Shown: positions 49,634-60,479, numbered from the stretch's first letter. The stretch is DNA of 64,000 nucleotides from an uncultured Verrucomicrobiae bacterium (GCA_963707025.1 CAVPOM010000016.1:32001-96000), one strand, 5' to 3'. Notes: generated by a model not told the origin, from the sequence alone. A program made the numbers and translations.

Positions 49634-51522
49634 GTTGGGAAACGTTTCCAATTATGTCTCTAACCCGCCGTACCGGACATACAGCGTGGACTGGAGCAAC
49701 GCACTCGCCGGGTCCTGGTCGCTCGGCGCTGGAGCTGTCCGCACCAATGGCACCCCCGTCTCCGTCTCCGCCACGCCCGTGCTCATTACCGTGCGCAATG
49801 GCTATTCGCTTTCGGTGGACATCACCCATCCGACTAATGGCGCCAGCTATCCGGCGCCGACCAACATTAGCTTGGTTGCCGACGTGCAAGCCAGCAACGC
49901 CAATCCGGCCTTCGTGGAGTTCTTCGACAATTCCTCTCTGCTGGCCATCGTGTCCAATTCCATCTCCGCCGGCCCGATGCCGGGCGGCGTCTATCTCTTT
50001 GAGTGGACCAATCCACCACCCGGCCCGCACACGTTAACGGCCAGCGTGACGGATACAAACCGCGTTGTCGCCTGGTCGTCTCCGGTGATGATTACCATCG
50101 GCACCGATTCGTTCTCCATTTTTATCACCAGTCCGACCGATGGCGCTGCCTTTACACAGCCGGTCAATGTGCCCATTGACGCTTCGGTGCTGGATGCGGG
50201 CAAGGACGTTGCGTTCGTGAATTTCACGGCAACGCGGGTCTGGCCCCCAGGGATTATGGCGCCGACGTATCTCATCGAATTAGGCGCTGTTTCTAATTGG
50301 GTTTCGATTGCCCCGCCGCGCCACGATTACCTTGTCGTCTGGTCCAATGCGCCGGTCGGCAGTTGGCGAGTCGCCGCCGAGGCAGTGCGCAGCAACGGCT
50401 TGCCCGAAGGCGGGGCCAGCGTTCAATTCACCGTGTTGGGCAACACGACCAATACCAACAACCTGCCGCCTGTTTTGCGCATCACCAGCCCGCCTAACCA
50501 GAGCGACTTCCGCGCGCCGATGAACATCGTCCTGCTGGCCTACGCGTTCGATCCCGATGGTTGGGTGTCGAGCGTCGAGTTCTTTGCCGGCAGCAACAGC
50601 CTCGGCCTTGGCCATCCCATTCCCAGCCCGATTTCACCCGGCCCAATCTTCCCGGCAAATCCTTACCCCATGCCCCCCATCTACCTGTCCAACCTGTTCG
50701 AGTTGATTTGGACCAATCCCGCGCCCGGTGCTTATGCCGTTACCGCGGTGGCCACCGACAACGGCGGCCTCACGGCCACGTCCGCTCCTGTCAATATTAC
50801 CGTCGAACCCGCGCCGCCTCCCCCGACCAATCGGCCCGCCGTGGTCGGCATTGTCGCCAGCGATCCCATTGCCATTGAAGGCACCAATTGCTGGCCCTGG
50901 CTGGGCGGCCCGCCGACCTGGAGCAACTGGATGTCGCCGACGGCTGTTTGGCGCTGGTTCACCAACTGCGGTCCCAAGGACGCCAGCTTTACCTTGTTCC
51001 GCCGGGGCGATACCAACCATGACCTTACTGTCAACTATGCGATTGGCGGCACGGCCTCCAATGGAGTGGATTATGTGACGCTTCCGGGCAATGTCACCAT
51101 TCCGGCCGGCCAAACCGCGGCGACGATTGCCGTCATCCCGATAGACGATGGCACACCGGACATCAGCAGCACGGTCGTGCTGGCCTTGCAGGCGGACACC
51201 AATACGCCGGCGGATTACGCGCTGGGGTTTCCGTGCCGCGCGGAAGTCATTATTATTGACTCGTTTGGGCCGCGGCGGCTGCCGCCGGGATCGGTTTTGC
51301 CGGACGGTTCTTTTCATCTGAGCCTGACGGGCCCGGATGGCGCGTGGTTCCACATTGATGGCTCGACGGACCTGCTGAATTGGACGCCGCTTTGCACCAA
51401 CCAGGTTGTCAATGGCGCCATTGATTTCCTGGACCCCGACGCCGGCCTCTTTAGCTCCCGGATGTACCGCGCGGTTCCGATGGCCAGTTCCCCCGGCAAT
51501 TAAGAGTGGTGAGGTGAGGCGG

Positions 51523-51713
51523 CAAAGGGGTCAGACCATAGCTTTGTTCAATGAAATGCGTAACAGCCTATAAATCATTGAGTTATAGATTGTTCTATTC
51601 AGGCCCAATATACCCTCTCACCATAACGCCCGTGCGATGCCAGCGCCCTGAGAAACCGCGCCCCAACGGCCTTCCGCCGCCCTTCTTGCCATTTAGCCTT
51701 TAGCCTTTCCTCC
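51523..51713. repeat. Dispersed non-coding repeat, copy 3 of 3
   Basis: CAAAGGGGTCAGACCATAGCTTTG...; (AGCCTTT)x2. Confidence 0.9.
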
Positions 51714-51859
51714 TCCCCACCGCCCGCCCGCCCATCACAGCTTTCACTATTCACCATTCAAAATTCACAATTCTCTCCCGTTCAAACTCCTTCTTCGTTC
51801 TGCATTTTGCATTCTGCATTTCCCGCAACATTGCAGCCCCTCTACTCTGTGTCCTGCTG

Positions 51860-54082
51860 TTATCGCGCCCCGCCGCCGTCCGCCAGGGCCGCTTTGCGGA
51901 TGACGTTATTGAAAGTGTCGGCCACGTAGAGGTTCCCCAGCCCATCCACCGCCAGCGCATCCGGATGCCCCGCCTCCCCGGCCATGGCCAGAGTGCTCAG
52001 CGCCCCCGTGCTGCTCAGAACCCGGATGGCCAGGTTGTCCGTGTCCGCCACGTAGATGCGGCCGGAAGGATCCACCGCCAGATTCTGCGGGTGGCGCAAT
52101 TGCGACAGGCCGGGTCCGCCATCGGCCAATCCCGGACTGCCCGCCCGGCCCGCCAGGGTGCTGACCAGGCCCGCCGCCGTTATTTTCCGAATAGTGCTGT
52201 TGCCGGTGTCGGCCACATAAATGTTGCCCGCGCTGTCCGCCGCCACTCCATGCGGATTCCAAAAGCGCGCCTGGGCGCCCAGGCCGTCGCTCGCGCCGGG
52301 ATGGCCCGCCAGGCCGGCCAAAGTGCTCACCACCCCGCCGGGCGTGATCTTCCGCAGGGTCGAACTGCTTGTGTCCGCGACATAGACCGTGCCGTTCCGG
52401 TCTGCCGCCACCCCCCACGGATTGCGAAATTGGGCGTTGTCTCCCGCGCCGTCGTTGCTGCCGGGATGGCCCGCCAGGCCGGCGAGGGTGCTCGCCTGGC
52501 CGGCCGGTGAAATCTTCCGAATCGCGCTGTTGGCCACCTCCGCCACATAGGCATTGCCCAATCTGTCAACTGCAATTCCAAAAGGCCCCCAGAACCGGGC
52601 CATGCTTCCCGGCTGGTGGTCCAGATTGTCGAAGCTCCCGTGGCTGCCCGGCAGTCCGGCCAGGGTTGTCACCACGCCCAGCGGGCTGATTTTTCGGATG
52701 GTGTTGTTGCCCGTGTCCGCCACATAGAGGTTGCCCGCGCTGTCCACGGCCACCCCGCCGGGCGCTTGAAAACGGGCCTCCGCTCCCGTGCCGTCCTGGC
52801 TCCCGCCAACTCCGTCCTGGCCGGCAAAAATGGTCACGGCCCAGCGCGGTTCTGGCGGCGGCTTCACCACTTTGGGAGCCGGATTCGTCGCCACCGGCGG
52901 CGTGGTCACTGCAACCGCCGGAGGGTTCGTCGCCGGCGGCGGCACTTTCACCACGGCGGGCGCCGGATTCGTCGCCACTGCCATTGGAACAATCTTCCTG
53001 TCTTTGGCCGGGAGCACGAAATGGAAAAAATACCAGCCCGCCACTGCCACCGCTGCCACGCCTGCCGCGAAGCCCAGCCAAGGCGGAACCCTCCGCACCT
53101 GCCGCAGTCCGCCCCGCACCAAGCCGCGCGGTCCCACCGGCGCTTTGCCCTGCTTGATCCGTTGCAAGTCCGCCAGCACGTCGCTCATGTCCGCGTAACG
53201 GTCGCGCAATTCCCGCGCCATCGCCCCTTCCGCCACTGTCCTCAGTCCGGCGTCCGCTTCCGGGTTCCGTTCCTGGATTGGTTTGGGCGGGCCGGCCAGG
53301 ATTTGCCGCCGGATTTCCCCGAGGGTCGGCCCGGCGTAAGGCGGCTCGCCCGTGAGCAGCTCGTAAAGCAGCGCCCCGAAGGCGTAAATATCGCAGCGCG
53401 TGTCCTCCGCGTCCCCCGCCGCCACCCCCGGCGACATGTAGGGCGCGGTCCCTTCGCATTGCTGCCGCTCCACGTCCACTATCGTGTCGTTGAACAGCGT
53501 GCGGGCCAGGCCGAAATCCGCCAGGCAGGCCCCGGCTTCCCCCGCGCGCAGAATATTGGCCGGCTTGAGGTCCCGGTGGATGATGCCGCGCCGGTGGGCA
53601 AATTGCAGGCCCTCCGCCACGTTCAGCGCAGTGTCGAGTATAAAAACAGCGTCCAGCGGACGCCCCGGCCGGATGGCCCCCGCCAGGCTGCCCCCCTCGT
53701 AATACGGCATCACAAAATACGGGCCGGCCGCCCGGTCCGACACTTCCAGCACCGGCACGATATTGGGATGCTTGAGCTTCTGCAAATGGCCCGCCTCCTT
53801 GACGAACCGATGCACAATCCGCCCGTCCGCCACCCATTCCGGCCGGATCAGCTTGATGGCCACGCTGCGTCCGCTGCCGGCCTCCCGCGCCAGCAGCACC
53901 ACTCCCATGCCGCCGCTGCCCAGCAGGCGCTGGACTTCATATTGCTGCAAGGTGCCGAGCAGGCCGGGGCGCGCCGGCGGCGCCAGCATTTGTTGCGCGA
54001 TCAATTCCGCGATCGGGCCGCCCAGGGTTGAAACAGGCGGCTGGAAGGCCGGCGGCGTGGGAGGCGGGGCGTCGTGGCTCAT
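51860..54082 (-). CDS. Hanks-type Ser/Thr kinase with a TM helix and extracytoplasmic NHL repeats
   Basis: LGSGGMGVV, VAIK, HRDLKPANIL, DFGLA, GTAPYM; TM; repeated P.GVAVD..GN.YVADT.N..IRKI. Confidence 0.92.
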   Translation of the reverse strand: MSHDAPPPTPPAFQPPVSTLGGPIAELIAQQMLAPPARPGLLGTLQQYEVQRLLGSGGMGVVLLAREAGSGRSVAIKLIRPEWVADGRIVHRFVKEAGHLQKLKHPNIVPVLEVSDRAAGPYFVMPYYEGGSLAGAIRPGRPLDAVFILDTALNVAEGLQFAHRRGIIHRDLKPANILRAGEAGACLADFGLARTLFNDTIVDVERQQCEGTAPYMSPGVAAGDAEDTRCDIYAFGALLYELLTGEPPYAGPTLGEIRRQILAGPPKPIQERNPEADAGLRTVAEGAMARELRDRYADMSDVLADLQRIKQGKAPVGPRGLVRGGLRQVRRVPPWLGFAAGVAAVAVAGWYFFHFVLPAKDRKIVPMAVATNPAPAVVKVPPPATNPPAVAVTTPPVATNPAPKVVKPPPEPRWAVTIFAGQDGVGGSQDGTGAEARFQAPGGVAVDSAGNLYVADTGNNTIRKISPLGVVTTLAGLPGSHGSFDNLDHQPGSMARFWGPFGIAVDRLGNAYVAEVANSAIRKISPAGQASTLAGLAGHPGSNDGAGDNAQFRNPWGVAADRNGTVYVADTSSSTLRKITPGGVVSTLAGLAGHPGASDGLGAQARFWNPHGVAADSAGNIYVADTGNSTIRKITAAGLVSTLAGRAGSPGLADGGPGLSQLRHPQNLAVDPSGRIYVADTDNLAIRVLSSTGALSTLAMAGEAGHPDALAVDGLGNLYVADTFNNVIRKAALADGGGAR

Positions 54083-54624
54083 GGCGCGGGAACTCCCTGG
54101 GCGCCGGGCGGCGCCATCTTTTCGGCGGCCTGCCGCAGCAATTGTTTGGTTTCCTGGTCCAGCCACCCCTGCTCGCCGGTCCAGAGCAGGCCGCGGCGCA
54201 ACTCCGCCTCCGGCAGCCGGGTGATGCGCGCCCCCAGCCGCACCAGCGCGGCGGCGATGCTGGTGTAATACAGCGCCGCCGCCACCTCGCCCGGCAGGCT
54301 GCTCAGCGCGCGATCCATGTTCGCCTTGGCAAAATCCTTCGTCAATTCCAGCAGCTCCACCGGCGGGGCCGGATGATGAAAAAGATCGGAAAAACTTTTC
54401 AGCAACAAACTTTGCGCCTCACTCAATCGCTTCAGCCGCGCCGCCGTGCCGGGATCGTAGCCCCCCAGGTCCACCAGGACCGGCGCGGACATCTGATGGC
54501 GAAAAATAGCCCCCAACTCCTCCGGCCGCCAGAGGCGGACGCCCTCCCCGCTGGCCTCCAACAGGGCGGCCAGGCTCTTGGGCTGCCGTTGAAAGACAGA
54601 TCCTGCGGAGTCAAACTCGGACAT
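54079..54624 (-). CDS. Hypothetical helical protein between the ECF sigma and the kinase
   Basis: Stop overlaps the kinase start (ATGA); host-like codon usage. Confidence 0.7.
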   Translation of the reverse strand: MSEFDSAGSVFQRQPKSLAALLEASGEGVRLWRPEELGAIFRHQMSAPVLVDLGGYDPGTAARLKRLSEAQSLLLKSFSDLFHHPAPPVELLELTKDFAKANMDRALSSLPGEVAAALYYTSIAAALVRLGARITRLPEAELRRGLLWTGEQGWLDQETKQLLRQAAEKMAPPGAQGVPAP

Positions 54625-54679
54625 AATGTTTCCTGTTATCCATACGGTTTCATTCAGCCCATCTTGCGCCTTTTTTCAT

Positions 54680-55416
54680 TCAACCCCGTTTGGCCAGCCG
54701 CGCCAGAAAGGCTTCCAGCTCCTGGATTTCCGCCGCCGTGGCCGCGTCCTGCTCGGCGTACTCCCGGATCACCCGGCCCAGGTGCATTTTGAAAATGCGC
54801 TTGCCGCTCAACAGCAGATTGGAGGCGTCGGTCGGCGAGCGCAGCCCGAAGCGCCCCACCAACTCCTCGTAAGGCGCCGCGCCACCCCCTCCAGGACCGG
54901 CTCCAGCAATCGGATGCGAAACATTTCCCAGATATAACTCCGCCGCGGCTGGTCCGCCGACGGGTCCTTGCAATCCGCCTCCATCCGCTGCAAGGTTTGC
55001 GCCAGCACCGTCCGCGCCCACGTCAAGTCGAACTCGTCCGAGGGCGCCTCCGCCGCGGCCGGTTCCTGGGCCAGCTCCTCCAGCGACACCGGCGGGTGTT
55101 TGGACTCCGCCCGGTTCAACCGGTCCAGCACAAAGTTCCGCAGGCTCGTCTTGAGAAAATCCCGGAACTTACCCCGGCTGCGGTCCGCCCGCTGCAGCCA
55201 GCCTTTCTTCAGGATTTTATCCTCGGCGAAATCCTGCAGCAGCAGATCGGCCTGCTCCTTGAGCGAGGGAAAAGTGGCCACCAGGAAAATGCGCAACGGC
55301 CCCCAGTAAGTGCGGATGAGCCGGTCCAGCCGCGCCTCGTCCGCTTCCCCCGCCCGGCCCAGTTCCGCCCAGTCGGTCCGCGGAAAAATGGAACTGGCTG
55401 ATGATTCGGCAGACAT
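54680..55416 (-). pseudogene. ECF-type sigma factor (kinase-associated type) with a one-base frameshift near 54880
   Basis: FP.T.W, Y..PL, DL.QDF, AD..RG.FR.FL...LRNF, F...WA; region 4 (PYEELVGRFGL...KR.F...L) continues in another frame. Confidence 0.8.
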
Positions 55417-56002
55417 TCTTTTGCCGCCTACCATACACGAAACCGGATTGGCGCGCACTACTCTTTTCCGCAAGAAATCGGGGAGGGGCGCATCTTGACA
55501 CTGCTGCCGGCGGAGTGCGGCCGTCCCCGGCCGCAGCAAGCCAGGGATTGTTTGGGTGCTCAGGAAAATCACCGCCGCGCCGTGTTTCCCACGCGGCTGC
55601 GCCCGAGGACGGGCGCACTCCTGGGGCATTCTTGCGCCTGACGCCAGTAACAGTGTCAAGATACGCCCACCAGGGAAGCGATGCCGGGACGGAGCAGGGA
55701 GCATGGCGCCGGCCCGCCGCAGACCGGCGCGAACCTTCCGCGGTCTTTCCCCGCCGCCGAAAACGGAGGCATGGCCTGATCCCCAATCTTTCCGTTGACA
55801 ACTTCCAACTTAACCACTACTATACGCTCAGTGATGACGGAGCGCGCACATGGCGGGCAAAGCGGTCCGGCGGCAGGCCGCGTGGACGCCAGTTCTCCAT
55901 CACTCCATCACTCCATCACTCCAATGCTCCGCCACTCCACCGGGGTTTTAGTATTTCGCGGACCAAAACTGCCCCCAAATTTCACTCGGGCTCACTAATC
56001 CA

Positions 56003-56680
56003 ATGACCCATGACCGCCAGCAGGACGCGCCGCTCCGCGTCTTCCAGTCCAAAGATCAGACCCGGGCGTTTTACAATAAAATCAGCCGCGTCTATGACTT
56101 GCTTTCCGAACGGAGCGAGGCGCCTGTGCGCAATTGCGCTTTGGGCTTGTTGAAGGCCGGTCCGGGCGAAATTGTTTTGGAAATTGGCTGCGGGACCGGA
56201 CACAGTTTGGTCACCCTGGCCAGGGCGGTCGGGCCGCGCGGGAAGGTTTTCGGCCTGGATTTGTCCGAGCAAATGCTCAAGCAGGCCAAAGCGCACGCCG
56301 CCAAAGCCGGCCTGCTCGACCGGGTCGCCTTCCTCCGCGGCGACGCCGCGCATCTTCCTTGCGCGGACGGCAGCACGGACGCGCTGTTCATGAGCTTCAC
56401 CCTCGAATTGTTTGACACGCCGGAAATTCCCATCGTGCTACGGGAGTGCCGGCGCGTGCTGCGCCGCTCCGGCCGCATCGCCGTGGCCGGCCTGTCCAAA
56501 GGGGGATCGGGTCAGCGCGCCGCCAAAATGTACGAGTGGGGGCACCGGCACTTTCCCAATTTCCTGGATTGCCGCCCGATTTACGTCCGCGCCGCGCTGG
56601 AGGAGGCGGGTTTCCAAATCCAGGCCGCCTTGCGCAAACGCATGTGGATTCCGGTGGAAATTGTTCTGGGCACAAAGTAA
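56003..56680 (+). CDS. Class I SAM-dependent methyltransferase (UbiE-like)
   Basis: VLEIGCGTG, GLDLSEQML, GDA..LP, RRVLR..GRI. Confidence 0.85.
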   Translation: MTHDRQQDAPLRVFQSKDQTRAFYNKISRVYDLLSERSEAPVRNCALGLLKAGPGEIVLEIGCGTGHSLVTLARAVGPRGKVFGLDLSEQMLKQAKAHAAKAGLLDRVAFLRGDAAHLPCADGSTDALFMSFTLELFDTPEIPIVLRECRRVLRRSGRIAVAGLSKGGSGQRAAKMYEWGHRHFPNFLDCRPIYVRAALEEAGFQIQAALRKRMWIPVEIVLGTK

Positions 56681-56700
56681 CATCCGCCCAAAAATGTCCT

Positions 56701-58020
56701 ATGAGCGATTTCCTGTTCGCGCGTTCGCAGATGGCCGGGTCGCTGATTTTCCACATTGTCTTTGCCGCGCTGGGCATCGGCATGCCGCTGCTCATGGTCG
56801 TGGCGGAGGGGGCGTATTTGCGCACCGGCAAAGCGGTCTATCTGGACCTGTGCCATCGCTGGTCGCGCGGCGCCGCCATTCTATTCGCCGTCGGCGCCGT
56901 CTCCGGCACGGTGTTGTCCTTTGAGCTGGGGCTGTTGTGGCCCGCTTTCATGGAAAAGGCCGGGGGGATCATTGGCATGCCCTTTTCCCTGGAAGGCTTT
57001 GCCTTTTTTACCGAGGCAATTTTTTTGGGCGTCTATCTCTATGGATGGAATCGCATCCCGCCGCGCCTGCACTGGATTGCCGGCTGGATCGTCGCGGCCA
57101 GCGGCATCGCCTCCGGCGTTTTTGTGGTGACAGCCAATGCCTGGATGAATGCCCCGGCCGGTTTTATTGCCGTCAACGGCCAGATCACCAATGTGGACCC
57201 GGTGGCGGCCATGCTCAACCCTGCCAGCCTGCACGAAGTGGTCCACATGACGCTGGCGGCATTCCTGGCCACCGGATTTGCGGCGGCGGGTGTCCATGCC
57301 TTTTTTCTGCTGAAAAACCGCGGGAACCCTTTTCATCGCGGCGGGCTGGGCATTGCGCTGGCGGTGGCCTGCGTGAGCGCGCCCCTCCAATGGCTCAGCG
57401 GCGACTTGAGCGCCCGCTCCGTGGCCCGGCTGCAACCGGCCAAGCTGGCCGCCATGGAAGCCCATTACCGCACGGAAGCGGACGCGCCGCTCCTCCTGGG
57501 CGGCTTTCCCGACGATGATGCCCAAACCGTCCCCTATGCGTTGCGCCTGCCAGGCGGGTTGAGTTTCCTCACGGCCCATGACCGCAACGCCAGGGTCGCC
57601 GGCCTGGAAGAATTCCCGCGCCGCGACTGGCCCAACGTGCGCGTCGTGCATTGGGCGTTTGATCTCATGACGGGCTGCGCCCTGGCCATGCTCGGCCTGG
57701 CGGCGGCGGCGGGCTGGCAATGGTGGAGAAAGCGCGCTCTGCCCGAGGGCCGGTGGCTCTGGCGCGGCCTGGTCGCGGCGGGTCCGCTCGGCTTCGTCGC
57801 CATTGAAGCCGGCTGGGTGGTGACGGAAGCGGGACGGCAGCCCTGGATCATTTACGGGGTGATGCGAACGCAGGAGGCCCTGACGCCGATGCCCCATCTG
57901 GGAGTGCCCTTCGTGGCTTTCACCGTGCTTTACCTTTTTCTGAGTGTCGTGGTTTTCATTCTGCTGCGCCGCCAATTCCTGGAAACGGGCGCGGCGGGGC
58001 CAAGCTCGCAACCCGGCTGA
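56701..58020 (+). CDS. cydA: Cytochrome bd ubiquinol oxidase subunit I
   Basis: FHIVF, FAVGAVSG, EG.AFF.E, NAWMN.P, QPAKLAAME, GWVVTEAGRQPW. Confidence 0.95.
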   Translation: MSDFLFARSQMAGSLIFHIVFAALGIGMPLLMVVAEGAYLRTGKAVYLDLCHRWSRGAAILFAVGAVSGTVLSFELGLLWPAFMEKAGGIIGMPFSLEGFAFFTEAIFLGVYLYGWNRIPPRLHWIAGWIVAASGIASGVFVVTANAWMNAPAGFIAVNGQITNVDPVAAMLNPASLHEVVHMTLAAFLATGFAAAGVHAFFLLKNRGNPFHRGGLGIALAVACVSAPLQWLSGDLSARSVARLQPAKLAAMEAHYRTEADAPLLLGGFPDDDAQTVPYALRLPGGLSFLTAHDRNARVAGLEEFPRRDWPNVRVVHWAFDLMTGCALAMLGLAAAAGWQWWRKRALPEGRWLWRGLVAAGPLGFVAIEAGWVVTEAGRQPWIIYGVMRTQEALTPMPHLGVPFVAFTVLYLFLSVVVFILLRRQFLETGAAGPSSQPG

Positions 58021-58024
58021 CCTT

Positions 58025-59023
58025 ATGCTCCAATTCATCATCGCCTTGTTTTTAGTCGTGTCGCTCATCCTTTACGCGCTGCTGGGCGGGGCGGATTTTG
58101 GCGGGGGCATTTGGGATTTGCTGGCGGCGGGGCCGCGGGCGGAGCGGCTGCGCAAAGCCATCGCCGAGGCCATCGGCCCCATTTGGGAGGCCAATCATGT
58201 CTGGCTCATCCTAGTCATCGTCCTGCTCTTCACCGCGTTCCCGGCCGCCTTCGCCGCCATGATGACGGCGCTGAATATCCCGGTCACGGTCATGCTCGCC
58301 GGCATCGTCTTGCGCGGCGCCGCCTTTATCTTCCGCAAGTACGACTCCAGCAAGGAACAGGTGCAGCGGCGGTGGAGCACCCTGTTCGGGGCGGCCAGTT
58401 TTTTCACCCCGTTTTTTCAAGGGCTGATTCTGGGGGCGCTGGCCACGGGGCGGATTCGCTTTGCCCAAGGGCAGGTGCAGTCCGGTTTCTTTGCGGGCTG
58501 GCTGACCCCATTCGCCCTGATGTGCGGCGTGTTCGCCCTGGGGCTGTTTGCTTTTCTGGCCGCCACTTATCTGACCGTGGCCGCCAGGGACCAGCCGGAT
58601 TTGCAAAACGATTTCCGGCGCCGCGCCCTTTATTCCGGGCTGGCCCTGTGGCCGGTCGCGCTGGCCGTTTTTTTCACGGCCAAACAAGGCGCGCCGCAGA
58701 TGTATCATGGGCTGACCAGTTGGTGGGCGCCGGTCCTGCTGGTTTGGACCAGCCTGTTCGCCCTGGGCGCGCTGGTGTGTTTGTGGCGGCGTTGGTTCGC
58801 CCTGGCCCGCCTGGCCGCCATCGGCGAAGTCGCCTTGATCCTGGCCGGATGGAGCGTGGCCCAATATCCCAATCTCGTCACGCCGGACATCACCGTCCTC
58901 AACGCCGCCGCGCCCGCCGCCACCCTCCGCCTGCTTTTTTTGGCCCTGGGCGCCGGCGCCATCGTGCTGTGCCCCTCCCTCCTTTTTCTGTTCCACCTCT
59001 TTGGCGCCCGGCAGAGCCGCTGA
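58025..59023 (+). CDS. cydB: Cytochrome bd ubiquinol oxidase subunit II
   Basis: Y.LLGGADFG.G, IGPIWEANHVWL, FP, LRG.AF.FR. Confidence 0.95.
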   Translation: MLQFIIALFLVVSLILYALLGGADFGGGIWDLLAAGPRAERLRKAIAEAIGPIWEANHVWLILVIVLLFTAFPAAFAAMMTALNIPVTVMLAGIVLRGAAFIFRKYDSSKEQVQRRWSTLFGAASFFTPFFQGLILGALATGRIRFAQGQVQSGFFAGWLTPFALMCGVFALGLFAFLAATYLTVAARDQPDLQNDFRRRALYSGLALWPVALAVFFTAKQGAPQMYHGLTSWWAPVLLVWTSLFALGALVCLWRRWFALARLAAIGEVALILAGWSVAQYPNLVTPDITVLNAAAPAATLRLLFLALGAGAIVLCPSLLFLFHLFGARQSR

Positions 59024-59145
59024 GAGCCGGCGCCGGCCCTCTATGTCAATACTAAATACTACGCCCAAGTCCGCCCTTGTTTTCCGCCCCCGTCCGGGCG
59101 ATGCTGGCGGGCGGGCCTTGGTGCTGCCAGGGCTTTCGGTTGGTT

Positions 59146-59694
59146 ATGCCAGGTGAACCTCCATCTTCCGGTTTTTGGTATTGGCTGCGCGTCGCCGCCG
59201 TCGGACGGCGGCCAAAGCGGACGCTGCTGCGCCTGGCCGTGCTGGTGGTGGGGGCCGTGGTCGTTTTCAAGTTTGCCCTCCTCCCCATTCGCGTCGTCGG
59301 CTTCAGCATGGAACCCGCTTTCCACAACCATGCCATCAATTTCATCAATCGTCTGGCCTATGTCCGCGGCCAGCCCCAGCGCGGCGATGTGGTCGGCATC
59401 CGCCTCTCCACCAACCTCCAGGCCACCGTTCACGTCATGCTCCTGAAACGGCTGGTGGGGTTGCCGGGCGAGACGATCTCCTTTGCCGGCGGTCATCTCT
59501 GCATCAACGGCGATCCCCAGGACGAGCCTTACCTCAAATTGCCCAGCGACTGGAATGAGCCGGGAAAGGCGCTCGGGAGCAACGAGTATTATTTCGTGGG
59601 CGACAACCGCTCCATGCCCTCCGCCCAGCATGAACACGGCGTCGCCTATCGTTCCCAGATTGTGGGCCGGGTGTTATTCAAGGGAAACCAGTAG
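59146..59694 (+). CDS. lepB: Signal peptidase I
   Basis: TM, G.SMEP, LKRLVGLPGE, GDNR. Confidence 0.85.
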   Translation: MPGEPPSSGFWYWLRVAAVGRRPKRTLLRLAVLVVGAVVVFKFALLPIRVVGFSMEPAFHNHAINFINRLAYVRGQPQRGDVVGIRLSTNLQATVHVMLLKRLVGLPGETISFAGGHLCINGDPQDEPYLKLPSDWNEPGKALGSNEYYFVGDNRSMPSAQHEHGVAYRSQIVGRVLFKGNQ

Positions 59695-59736
59695 GCCGCC
59701 TGCGCCCGGACATTGACGCCAAAATGGATTTGTGAC

Positions 59737-60234
59737 ATGAAGCTGATCGTTCGTCTGATGCTGCTGGCCGGCCTGATTGCCCTCGTCCTCTGGTCCTGGG
59801 ACTTCTTTTTTCCCACTCCCCAAAAGGTCATCGAAAAACATCTGGTCAAGCTGGCCCGGCTGGCCTCGTTTTCCTCCACCGACGGCAACTTCAAACGGCT
59901 GGCCGACACCGAAAGAATCGGTTCCCTCCTGGCCCGGAATATCCATGTGGTTTTGGACGTGCCCGGCGGCCGGGGCCAGACCTTCGACAACCGCGAAGAA
60001 TTGCTCCAGGCCGTCATGGCCGCCCGCTCCTCCGTCAAAAACCTGCAGGCCCAATTCACCGACATCGGCATCATCCTCAACCCGGACCGACGGTCCGCCG
60101 TGGCTCTTCTGACAGTCAAAGCGAAAGTTGGCGGAGAGCCTGACTTGCTGGTGGAACTGCTCAAGTTCACCTTTCAGAACACCAATGATGACTGGCTCAT
60201 CACCGGCCTTGAAACGGTCCGGCCGCTGCGGTGA
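59737..60234 (+). CDS. Membrane-anchored NTF2-like hypothetical protein
   Basis: N-terminal TM; C-terminal beta strands ending W.I. Confidence 0.6.
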   Translation: MKLIVRLMLLAGLIALVLWSWDFFFPTPQKVIEKHLVKLARLASFSSTDGNFKRLADTERIGSLLARNIHVVLDVPGGRGQTFDNREELLQAVMAARSSVKNLQAQFTDIGIILNPDRRSAVALLTVKAKVGGEPDLLVELLKFTFQNTNDDWLITGLETVRPLR

Positions 60235-60326
60235 ACGGCCGCGAAGCGGAGAAAGGAAAATGGAAGGAAGATGGAAGACAGCGGAAAAAGCGGGGGCGGG
60301 CGCGGATAGGGCAGAATTCTGCAAAG

Positions 60327-60388
60327 GCAGGGGCGTCGCGCTGCGACGCCCGGGATCCCGATTCCGAATCGGGACACCGTCCCTACCC
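60327..60388. repeat. GTAG-type REP palindrome
   Basis: GGGCGTCGCGCTGCGACGCCC, TCCCGATTCCGAATCGGGA, ending CCCTACC. Confidence 0.65.
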
Positions 60389-60479
60389 AAGGAAATGAAG
60401 ATTCCTGTCCGGCACCAGGGCGGACCGGGCCGAGTCATTTTTCATTTTTTCTGGCGGCGGATTCGGGTACAAGTCAAGC

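Larger units (their letters stand above)
47917..51503 (+). pseudogene. Secreted multi-Ig (Big-type) + Calx-beta protein interrupted by IS4
   Basis: Signal peptide; repeated I..PT.G..F..P modules; V.Y.IGGTA.NG.DY; C-terminal STDL.NW...R.YR module; in-frame join SLLLGN-VSNYV after removing IS4. Confidence 0.85.

Noticed and set aside
30458..51713. Integron attC array or CRISPR array interpretation of the repeats
   Set aside because: No intI or cas genes, no RYYYAAC/GTTRRRY pairing, kilobase spacing, and core-like genes between copies.
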